DNA of 60,535 nucleotides, filler included, from Pirum gemmata (Eukaryota): NCBI GenBank assembly GCA_002812295.1. It is 11 parts of 11 records of this genome, joined end to end, with 100 filler letters (N's around TTAATTAATTAA, not from the genome) between each part and the next. Parts side by side here need not be neighbours in the genome. Positions count along the whole stretch, not along the records: positions 37,457 to 42,658 come from PDIN01000629.1; positions 42,759 to 48,014 come from PDIN01000630.1; positions 48,115 to 53,333 come from PDIN01000631.1; 8 more parts are not named here. One strand, 5' to 3'. Shown piece by piece: positions 39,703 to 51,014 of this stretch (position 1 is its first letter; each line of letters starts with the position of its first letter). The notes under the pieces were generated by a model. It saw only the letters and a program-made list of their open reading frames with translations, ran no database searches and was not told where the DNA came from. The position numbers and the translations under genes were made by a program.

Positions 39703-42700
39703 CATCATAAAATATACAATAGATATTACAAAATTAATATGATATAAATCCATTTACTTTAATTTGCTATATTTTATTATCTTGATATGTTACTATTGAT
39801 TTTAGATATAAGTCAGATTTATAAATCCCTACGTCACTTTAGAACTCTTTAGGCCTAAAAAGATTGGATTAAAAAAATTATTTTTAAGTTTCAAAAAAAT
39901 ATATCTGGTCTACTGTGCTTTTCATTTATTTTGTCACTCTGAATATTTATTTGGTTGGTTATAGTATTTAAATTGACATTTTTTAAATGAATGAATAGAT
40001 AATAAAATATACCAAATAAAAAAAAATGGATTTATGTTGTATTAATTTGGTATTCTTTATTTTATATTTTATAATGACAAAGCAACTGAAAAGCACGATA
40101 TTATTTTCAATAGAAAAATGAGTTTGAAAAATTTGTTTTTTTTTAGAGTTGAGACAAATTTGAAGTTTTCGATCATATATAAATACTTAAGATTGAAAAT
40201 TTTCGAGTGGACTCGAAAAGTTTCTTCCTTCGAGCCTATGTAAAATTGCTCGAAACTTTTGATGATTTACAAAAGAATTATTACCTCGAATATTCGATCA
40301 CGTGTTCGAGCATTTAATATGTTCGAAAATTTGAGCTCGATTTATCAAATACAAATAATTTAGTATATTCGAAAGTTTCGAACATGTACAAAAAAAACTT
40401 TTAATTGGCAAAAGAAAAAGTAGAGTTAAATTCTAGGACGTTTCGTTTGCAGTGGAACTTTCCATCTACGATAGCTATATATTGTGCTTTCATTTATTTG
40501 GTCGTTTATAATAATTTAAATTGATACTATTAAATAAATAAATATATAATAAAGTATACCAAATTAAATGAAATGGATTTATATTATATTAATTTGGTAC
40601 TATTTAGTGTATATTTTATGATGACAAAATAACTGAAAAGCGCGATAACTTCTAGCTATCATAGTATATAACTTTGCCTCGAGCTCGAGAACTCGTGGAG
40701 AACTTCAATCGAGAACTATGCAGTGTTTGCACAGGTGGTTACCTAGCTAGACCTACTACAGCTAGTTCAGCAGGCACAGTCTTTATTTCCTATACCTCCA
40801 TGATAGCTACTATGATAGACGATAGACTAGCCTAGCTAGCTAGCTAGAGCTATGATAGAAAACCCTCTAGTAGCTAGAGATAGAAAACCAACTATCGATA
40901 TAACACGCCTCTAGCTAGCTAGCTACTAGCTAGCTAGAGTATAGCACTATCAGCTCTAGCTAATTCTAGCCGAATTCTGCCCGGGCAGAATTTGGCCTTT
41001 TTCGAGATATGACAAAATGGTGTTTTTCCTCTCTAACTCGATCAAAAATTAATTTTTTGAAAAAAAAAAAAAAAAAATTTCGAACAGACCAAACAGACCA
41101 GAAACTCTGCTCGGCAGAAATCGAGCTTTTCGGGGCAGAAGGTAGAAGCAGAAAGTTGAGTTTTAGGGGCAGAATTCGGAGAAGTTCTACTAGCTAGCGC
41201 TATCATAGCTAGGCTAGCTAGACTATTGGTAGATTGGATAGATTGGTAGAATATTGGTAGTAACTATATTCCTGTAGGTACTAACTATATTTAGCTAGAG
41301 TTTTATCACTTTTATCTATCATAGTCACTTTTGTGTGTATCGGCAGTTGGTAACCAGTATTTAGCTTTAGTACTATTTACCTTATATTTTACTTCAGTAT
41401 CTTACTTATGATTAGTCTAAGTGATTTGAACTAGAGCAAATGCAACTCCAATTGGTCAATTGGATATTCTACTACTACTACTAGATACATACTGAATAGC
41501 TGAATGGCCATAGCCTAAGCCTACCAGATTAAAAAAGGACTAGACCTGGGCTCTAGACCTATCGGTTGCAGCTGATCGGTAGCCACCCAGGGTAGCTACC
41601 CTGTGTAGCTACCAATAAGGATAAAAGATATACGATAAAATAAAAGATTTAGAAAAAAATATATATAAAAATATCCACTAGTAAAGGGATAAATATCTAG
41701 TATAAATCTTTTTTATAGACTAAATAGGACTGGAGCCTGGGGAGTGGGGAGTGGGGACTCATAACAACCAGTAAACGAGCCAGTAGTCTAAGTAAATTTA
41801 GATTTTTTTTTTACTATGACCTCATATTATAGAGGTCCCGGCGAGAGCAAAGTGATACAATTTTTTTTTAAAATTCTATGCAAAATTGAAAAACACTAAC
41901 AAATTTAAAAATATTGCACCCATTAAGATTTAGATTATTCCTTAAAACCCGTATTTGTAAAATACTACTATTTTAAGTGTCTACATATTTGGTAAATGGC
42001 TTTTTTTTTAGGTAAACCGCACCAATAAAGTTTGGGTACTAGAGCTGAGGTTGTGATATCACTTTGCTATATTGTGATATATCGTATATATTATAATATA
42101 TATAAATATCTATTCTATTTATCGTATATGATATATTATATCCTATCCTAACCTATCATATATAATATATAGCGTATTATTGCGTATATAGATTCATATC
42201 TATAATTTATAAAATTTATCATAATATTATTTAGATAAACATAGACTTATTAAAGACCACAGTCATATGTATACTATGAGAAGGTCATAATGGTTTTGTC
42301 AGTCCAGGTTGTGGTACTAAACTCCAGGAGAAACAAATTCTGCTCACTACTAGTTCTGTTCATCAGACAACTCTGTTGTCTGAACATTCAAATTTGTCTC
42401 TGAGGTGCTAATGGAATGACGACACTGTGAGGAATGAAAGGGCATTATTATAAGTCTAAACCACATATTACTTAGACTTTAGGACCTCAGACTAGAAACT
42501 TGGTTGAAGAGTCTAATGTTTCTTTAGAAAGAACTCAGACTCCACTCCAGAGACCACCACAGGTGGAATGACACTGAAGACTAACTGGTGACCAGTGGAG
42601 TCGGTTGAAGATGGCTGAAGATAGAGTAATATAATATTCATTATTATTATTATTATTANNNNNNNNNNNNNNNNNNNNNNNNNNNNNNNNNNNNNNNNNN

Positions 42701-43739
42701 NNTTAATTAATTAANNNNNNNNNNNNNNNNNNNNNNNNNNNNNNNNNNNNNNNNNNNNTTGTTATCATTGTTTTTGTAATTTGAACTAAAATAATTGGTT
42801 TTGTATTATTGTAGTTTTTGTTTGTATTTCTTTAAAAAAATTAATATAATCCTATAAGCCATGAAAAAAAATTTTTTTTTTTGTTATTTTCAAGAAAAAG
42901 GAAATTTATATCGACATCGATATGCTTTTTTTAGATTTTGTTATAGAAGTTTATAGTATCATAGCAGTTGCAAACTGTCAAAGTTTGTTTATAATATCAT
43001 ATATAGACTATTATAAATAATAATAATATATTCTTCTGCGAGTTATCTGGCACGGGGTTATCTGGCACCTACTTACAAATCAGGAAAACGCTGAGAAAGT
43101 ACTTACTTTTTATTAACTACCAAGACGGATAAAAATGGCGACATCCGCTATATGAGCTCAAAAATGCAAAAAATATCAAAATGATAGTAAAATGATCCAA
43201 GTTTTAAAAATCAAAGTATCACACTAGCAAATGTTAAGAAATTGTCTTTTTAATAATAAAACTCTATTATGAGCTAATTCCTATTTTTTTAAAAAAATAT
43301 AATTTGGCTAGTTATAATTAAAAAGATTTTTAGAAAATAAGTCTAAAAAAAATGAATCCTACAGTTTTATTCGGCTTGGCTGTTAAAATCTATTAGACTA
43401 ATTATTAGACTATATAATATAATATTATATACATCATAGTTGCTTTCTTTAGAGACATTTATCGATATCTACACTGAACTTAGTATACTGAATATCTAAC
43501 ATATGATATATATGTGTGGAGACATTTATCGATATCTATACTGAACTCAGTATACTGAATATCTATATATCTATATTATCATAGCAGTATTACCTGCAGC
43601 ATTCGTTTTTTTTTAAAAAAAAGAAGTCTTTATAAAAAACACAAATTACGCAGACCAGCATCTGACTTATCATATCAAAATGGCAAGCTTTCATATTGCA
43701 ATCTGAGCATTATAATTGGCAATCTAGAAAAAGGGTATG

Positions 43740-43775
<36 letters not shown>

Positions 43776-44988
43776 ACTAAATTACTGAAAGAGTCTGAAA
43801 GAACAAGTTTTTTAAACAGTAGTTGATTGAGTATTGGTAAAAACTAGGTGAACTATAAGCGTTCTAGAATTTTTTAATAAGACTTAGTAGTATTGGCTTA
43901 CAGCAGCCTTTAATTAATACATCACACACCACGCGCAACACCGGCTCATTTTTCCTTTAGAAAAAGAAAAAATCAAATGTGATTATTTCTTACACGAGCT
44001 AATCAAAAAAGAATAAATAATGAATCCGAATTTTGGACTTGGCAGTCAGCCAGTTATTAGTCGTTCTCAGCTTTTGGAATTTGTGTTTTGATCGCTAGGT
44101 TTTGATTGCTCAGACTTCGCTCATCTCTAGGTCAGTAGACTATGATAGGTCTACATTCTACTAGCATGATGATAGTTAGCTTTTTTTTTTAAAAAAAAAA
44201 GTAAAATACTGTAGCCTTTAATAGCTTACTCTTAGCTTACTTGTGCATTTTCTTCAAATTTTTGTAAAGTAAATAAAATGTTAGTTATTATTACAATTGA
44301 TTATTAGTATGACTAATATTGTTAGAAAAATAAAAAGCAAGTTAGACAAGCATAATAATTAACTTTGATATTGTTCGTTTGAAATAATAATAACTATATA
44401 CTATATAATATATAATTAATATTTATATATACGTATAATTATATTTACTATTATAATAAAAAAAAAGTTAAAACATTAGAAATGAAAATAAAAACATAAT
44501 AGCAGTTTAATAATAACAATTAAAAGTTCAACATATTAAATTAGAATACATATTAATATATATAGTACTAATATATTTTTCTATGATACACGAAAATTTA
44601 AAGTCTTTCTTTATTATAATCCATTTAATTAGGTCCCTATTTTTGTAACAGGGCATAACTATACACAAGTATGAAAATGTTTTTTATTCCTTGTAATGCA
44701 ATAATTAGTTAAAACTAATAATAATAAAAAATTACTATCAAATTACCTTCACTATTAATTATATTGGCATAATATCATGCTTTTTATTTATTTATTGTTT
44801 TAAAAGGTGCTTCCGTTTGCAGTTTATCTTGTCAAGTTTAATAATTATCAATTGAATTGTAAATAAATGAACTAGTCTACATAAGTAACATAACAAGATT
44901 ATTATTATCACTGATATCTAATTAATTACATACAACAATATAATATGTCACAAAAATTATTTTCTACGCACTTCTTGGTTCCTTCTTG

Positions 44989-45151
44989 GGGAGCGTTCAA
45001 ATAATACGTCACGCAAAGGGGTAGGTAGGTAGGTGGTATTTGACCCAAAATTAACTTCGAGTACTGTCGAGTAGTAGATAGGGGGTATTTGAAGGGTATT
45101 TGAAGTTGTATTTGACCGGAAATTGGCGTTACGTAGTATTTGAACGCTTCC
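44989..45151. mobile_element. PIF/Harbinger-type MITE
   Basis: TIR GGGAGCGTTCAAATAATACGTCACGC / GCGTTACGTAGTATTTGAACGCTTCC with a 3-bp flanking repeat TTG; partial copy at ~8005-8130 followed by TAA. Confidence 0.75.
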
Positions 45152-45837
45152 TTGCCTTTTAAAATTTTGTAACAACTTTTAAAAATTAATGAAGGAAAAA
45201 AAAGTGAAAAAAACCTCGTTTTTCAATTCCAATTTAATTTTTATAATAATTGTCTAACAATGAAAATCCTCTAGCTTGACACCAACTAATAATAGACTAT
45301 ATATAAGTTGTCTTTAGAATAACAAGGAAAAAAACACCGATCTCAAGGATTAATTGATCATGATTTCTAACCACAAAAATCTATCTTTTTTATGTACGAG
45401 TGGAAGGAAGCTTCAAGTCTATATATGGTTTTTTTGCTATATATATAATATATTTAGTATATATATCTACATATATAGTTTACAAATGCTCGAATTGGTT
45501 TGAATTTTGATTTTTTTCCAACGCTGTCAAAAAAGGTCAAAAAAGGTCAAAAAAGCTGATAAAAACTAGAAAACTAGTATTTTCGGTGTCTTTTTATTTA
45601 TACATGGTAGAGCATGCAGAATAACAACAAAAATAGCCAATTTTACTTTCTTATAAGATCCAAAGTGGCGGAGTGACCTGTGAGTGGTTAACCTCTAAAG
45701 CTAACTGTTATTATTAGTAGCTAGCTAGCTACTAGCAGGATAGTCAGTGGTGGAGAGTAGTAATAATCAGCACCACTAGTAGCTACTAATTTGGCTGATT
45801 GTAAACAAGACTTTTTTATTTACTTACTATTATCATA

Positions 45838-45903
<66 letters not shown>

Positions 45904-46511
45904 AAGCATTGAGAAAAGCTAAAAAAAAAAAAAATCTTGTTTCCAAATCCACTCATTCATAGTGCTCTGTAATTTCCTACATGTAGGTTCCTTTTCTACG
46001 AACATCGTAACTATGGATTCCACAAGGATAAAAATGAAACCATTAAAATTAAAATTTGGGGGTTCCAGTGGGTTCCCAATGGGTTCGTTTTAGTTTATTA
46101 TTATATTTTTTTAAAATAATAATAATAATTATAATAAAAAGGCTAATTCCAAGAAACAAAAAAACAATATATTACAATAGAATAATTGCGATTAATGAAC
46201 CCAGTACAAGTTTATTATATCACTTTATAACCATACATAAAACAGAGTGTTAGCGGTATATTATAATTATTTTGAATATTATAAAAAATAATATTTATAT
46301 GTGTTATCAATAAATTTTTCAAATTATAATTCAAAGCTCTGTTATCACTAATATTGTTAATAATATACTAATATTATAATATGTTAGTTATTATCCTTAT
46401 TCTTAAAGCTCATCGGTCCATTATCATACTTTACCACTCTTTACCATTATTGCAATAATGGTAGTTATATTATTATTATTAATAATAATAACGTTGGAGT
46501 TAACAACAACC

Positions 46512-46579
<68 letters not shown>

Positions 46580-47661
46580 TTTATATTTATTATCAATAAA
46601 GTTTTAAAATTATAGTTCAAAGCTCTGTCATCATTAATATTCTTAATAATATACTAATGTTAGTTATTATCCTTATTCTTAAAGCTCATCGTTCCATTAC
46701 CATACTTTACCATTTTCGCAATAATGATAGTTATATATAATAAAAACAATAATAATAATATAATCATATTAATATTAATATTAATAATTTTAATTAATAT
46801 CAATAATTATACTGTATCAATATCATTATCATATAATTAATATGAATATTTTCATTTACATCATTAATTATCATTATATATATAGACGTTAAATTGATTA
46901 TTTACTATTTAAGAATGCAAATAATCAATTTAACGTCTATATATATAGACACTTTGCGAAAAAAGTGACAAAAAGTTTGAATACTGGCACTTTATCGCAA
47001 AAAGTGTCTATAGTACTAGTCATATTATATATATTATATATATCATCAGTATATAATATACATGTATTAATACAGCTATCTTAATTAAGGGTTATAGGGT
47101 TAGGGTTAGGGTCGTGATCATTTTATTGCTAATAAAGAATGTTTAAAATATCCCATGGCCATTACTACCATAAAATAAATGAAATATCAAAATCAAGGAA
47201 TTCAAAGTATATAATATTAATTGTAAAGAACCATTATATTAATATAATAATATGAATGAGTGGGGGCGAACATAAAAATTTTCAAAAAACCCCCAATCAT
47301 TTAAAATTATTTTTGGAGTGTTCGAACATCAAATACGTATTTCAAACATATGTAAATGTAAGATATTCGAGATTTTCAAGTTTTTGTGTTCGAACATCAG
47401 ATACTTTTTCGAACATATGTAAATATAAATAAAAAAAGTCGATATCTATGACTTCAATTAACTTTATTGTCTGCTTTCGCTTGTGCAATTTTTTTCAAAC
47501 TAACATACTATGAGTATACTATGGGAAAGTAAGTAGATCAAGAGCTATCCACACAGCCCACTTTTCTCGCCATAGCACTTTAGGTTGTCGAGATATAAAA
47601 CCTCATATTTGTATTAATAAAAAAGCTAAACGATCCCATAAACACTCCAAAAAAGTAATCA

Positions 47662-47695
<34 letters not shown>

Positions 47696-48114
47696 ATGTA
47701 CAAGTATGTAAGTATGTAAAATTATAATATTATATGAAATTAAAATGAAGTAATATAATATTTATTTTTCAATTTATAAATTCATTCATCTAGCTAGTTG
47801 TTATTCCCGTAATATAAAATATTTTCAGTATTATTACATAATAATAATTTAATTAATTAACATTAATAAATAATATTAATTAATGTTTTGTTAATAAAAA
47901 AAAAAGGAAACAAAAAATATTATGGTTTTTTAATAGCAATATTGAGGGTTGGACAAAAAAAAGAATTTAAAATAATTAATTTCTGTTTTATCACCATTTT
48001 TTTTTTTTTTTTTGNNNNNNNNNNNNNNNNNNNNNNNNNNNNNNNNNNNNNNNNNNNNTTAATTAATTAANNNNNNNNNNNNNNNNNNNNNNNNNNNNNN
48101 NNNNNNNNNNNNNN

Positions 48115-48118
48115 GGAA

Positions 48119-48149
<31 letters not shown>

Positions 48150-48726
48150 GTTATTATTTTTATTCCGCAAGCTTCCATCGCCATCTAGCAAATAAATTTT
48201 CCAACCTCTATGCTTAGACCAATCCATTGGGTCGTTTATATCTGCTCTTATCTTTCTAAATTTGCCTCTTCCACTCTGCTCCATCTGCCTATTCAACAAT
48301 TTAGCTGGATCATTAGCTTGATTAGGTTGGCAAACTGCCATGCTATCAAATAAGTCATCATCCATATTTAGAGGATAGCCATTTTTATCAACCATCCAAG
48401 GAATATCGGCTGTACTAGTTTTACCAAAATAATGTACTACATCTCTAGCTTTAGTACCGCGAGTAAAAGTCCATATGCTATATATACCATTATAATAGGG
48501 CTGTACATCTGGATCTGAGTCATTACGTGCTTTGGAGGTGGTATAGTAATTATCTAACTCTTCTAGATATTTACCTCTACCTATTACTTAAATATATATA
48601 ACCAATACCACTTGGATGAGGTATTACAATATGCCCGCCTTCATAAGCTGAAGCAGCACTAGATATAGCTAAGGCTATAAAGAAACCTAATTCTAAAAAG
48701 AAAGTGTGAAAACATCTTAGCTTCAT
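48115..48726 (-). pseudogene. Bacterial hypothetical secreted protein, frameshifted near 48585 and truncated at contig end
   Basis: MKLRCFHTFFLELGFFIALAISSAASA (signal-like) YEGGHIVIPHPSGIGYIYL, continuing after a +1 shift as VIGRGKYLEELDNYY...WMVDKNGYPL...WKIYLLDGDGSLRNK into (AAT)n. Confidence 0.6.
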
Positions 48727-48837
48727 TGAGAATAAATTATAGACTATAATTTGCTTGATTACAATTACTTGTATTAGCAATGTGTAATTAGCCCTAAATT
48801 GCTATAAATTATGAGTTAAATACTTTATTGCAATACT

Positions 48838-49902
48838 CTATAATTCACTTAAAAGTAGCATGTTTAGTTCTGTAAGATGTGCCTTAGCTTTAGTATAGCC
48901 ATTACGAATTGCTTGCTCATACCAATATATTGCCTTAGTAAAGTTTTGCTTCGCTCCTTGGCCATAATGATACATATGGGCTATACTATCTTGTCCTAAT
49001 GCATTGCCATTTTTAGCTGCCTGTTCATAGTAACTAGCAGCCTTTTTATAGCTACGCTTAACTCCTCTGGCTGAATAATACATATTAGCAAGATTAATTT
49101 GAGCAGTTGAATCTCCCTGTGCTGCGGCTTTCTCAAACCAAAACCTAGCCTGCGCATAATCTTGCTTAACCCCTAGAGCTTTAATATACATCACCCCCAT
49201 AGCATTTTGTGAAATCACATCTCCTTTAATGGCTGCTTTCTCATACCATATTGCAGATTTAAGATAATCTCTCTTCACTCCCAAACCCCTCGAATAGAGT
49301 TCTCCAAGAGTACTTTGGGCATCTACAACTCCTTGATTAGCTGCCTCTTCAAACCAATAAATAGCTTTTTTATGATCTTTCGTTACCCCTTTAGCTCCGA
49401 AATATAAATTGCCAAGTCTATTCTGAGCAGCAGCAAAACCCTGCAAGGCAGCCTTCTCAAACCAAGTAGCAGCCTTTGAATAATCTTTCTCAACTCCCTT
49501 ACCATAATAGTACATCAAGGCTAAATTATACTGAGCTATAAGATCACCATTTTGCGCTGCTTTTTCACACCATTTAGCTGCTAACTTATCATTTTTTGCA
49601 ATTATATCTCCCTGTATATACATACTGGCAAGTGCAGTTTGTGCCAAAAGATTGCCCTGATGTGCTGCTTTGCTAAAATATTGAACTGCTATCTTAGCAT
49701 CCTGCGGCACATTATTACCTTCACGATAGCAAAACCCTAATTCTACCTGCGATGGAATATCATTTTTAGCTTCTGCTCTTATTTTAAGCGTGGGGATATT
49801 CTGACAACTATCGTCCTCCAAAGCTTGAATTGTAGGAACTAAGCACGCAAGCAAAATCATACTTAAAACTTTGCTAAAACTATTTGTTATAGCTATTTCC
49901 AC
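48838..49902 (-). CDS. Sel1-like repeat (SLR/TPR) secreted protein, about 8 repeats; start may be the ATG at 49860
   Basis: Repeated AQxxLGxxYxxGxGVxxDxxKAxxWxEKAAxQG motifs; hydrophobic N-terminus MILLACLVPTIQA; intronless. Confidence 0.92.
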   Translation of the reverse strand: MEIAITNSFSKVLSMILLACLVPTIQALEDDSCQNIPTLKIRAEAKNDIPSQVELGFCYREGNNVPQDAKIAVQYFSKAAHQGNLLAQTALASMYIQGDIIAKNDKLAAKWCEKAAQNGDLIAQYNLALMYYYGKGVEKDYSKAATWFEKAALQGFAAAQNRLGNLYFGAKGVTKDHKKAIYWFEEAANQGVVDAQSTLGELYSRGLGVKRDYLKSAIWYEKAAIKGDVISQNAMGVMYIKALGVKQDYAQARFWFEKAAAQGDSTAQINLANMYYSARGVKRSYKKAASYYEQAAKNGNALGQDSIAHMYHYGQGAKQNFTKAIYWYEQAIRNGYTKAKAHLTELNMLLLSEL

Positions 49903-49920
49903 AGGAGGTATTCTAGCTTA

Positions 49921-50908
49921 ACGTGAGTTCGGGATCAAAATATCCATTAACTGCTTGATATAAGGCCTCTTTTGTGATCTAATTTAAAGTTAAGTTTAAA
50001 ACTCAAAGGAGGTAAAATGAACGAAGATAAAATAACAGAAATACATGTAGTAGTCGATGATTTTATGAAAGAATTTGGCCCATATATGGAAAAACATTTA
50101 GTTAGAGGACCTAAAAAATCTCGTTCAAATAGAACTGTCAGACTTAGTTTAAGTGAAGTTATCAGTATTATTATATTTTTTCACAGTTCTAACTTTAGGA
50201 ATTTTAAAGCTTATTATTTTCATCTACAGTATAATTTTAAAAAAGAATTTCCTACTCTCTTAAGCTACAATAGGTTTGTTGAAATTATGCCAAGAGCATT
50301 ATTGCCTCTTATATTTTTTGTCCAAAGCCTACCAAAAGAAAAAACAGGAATTTATTTTGTTGATTCTACTCCTATCAAAGTATGTCATACTAAAAGAACT
50401 AATTCTAACAAAACTTTTAAAGGCATAGCTAAAAAATCTAAAAGTACTATGGGATGGTTTTTGGGCTTTAAGCTCCATATTATAGTTAATGATTTAGGGC
50501 AAATAATGAACTTTAAATGCACTAAAGCTAATGTTGATGATCGTAATCCTATACTAGAATTAGCAAAATGTTTAGTTGGCAAAATGTTTGGAGATAGGGG
50601 ATATATAAGTAAAAGTTTATTTGAAAAGCTTATGAATAAAGGCTTGCAGCTTATTACTCGCATCAAAAGTAACATGAAAAATATTCTCATGTCTGTATGG
50701 GACAAGCTAATGTTGCGTAAAAGAGCAATTGTAGAAAGTATCATTGACCAATTGAAAAATATTTCTCAAATAGCAGACACCGCAGTGTATTTAACTTTAT
50801 GGTTAATTTGCTTGCTGGTATTACTGCTTACTCCTTAAAACCAAATTAACCTTCACTTAATTTGGGTAAATTACCTGCTTTTATGGCCTTTTGATCCCGA
50901 ACTCACGT
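49921..50908 (+). mobile_element. IS982-family insertion sequence (988 bp)
   Basis: Perfect 20-bp TIRs ACGTGAGTTCGGGATCAAAA (49921-49940 and 50889-50908) and a 6-bp target duplication AGCTTA (49915-49920 and 50909-50914). Confidence 0.93.
50017..50894 (+). pseudogene. IS982 DDE transposase, frameshifted near the C-terminus
   Basis: Motifs SYNRFV, FVDSTP, GWFLGFKLH, GDRGYIS and RKRAIVESIIDQLK; Shine-Dalgarno AAGGAGGT at 50006-50013. The expected QIEHSRHRS is broken at ~50772; RHRSVFNFMVNLLAG continues in another frame, with a further TAA at 50847 and the likely original TGA inside the right TIR. Confidence 0.9.
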
Positions 50909-51011
50909 AGCTTAGCTTTTCAGAATAAGCTAATGATTTAATATAATCTTCCATAAATTGCCAATCAGGTTCATTTTTATTATTAATAGGTACCTAAATA
51001 GTTAGGTTTGT
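50909..51011 (-). pseudogene. 3'-end relic of a restriction-modification specificity (S) subunit gene (BcgI-beta/HsdS-like)
   Basis: Translates TNLTI*VPINNKNEPDWQFMEDYIKSLAYSEKLS; the P..N..PDWxFMExYIKSLxYS pattern is recalled as the C-terminus of such S subunits; the stop TAG is re-formed when the IS is removed. Confidence 0.65.
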
Positions 51012-51014
51012 TTA

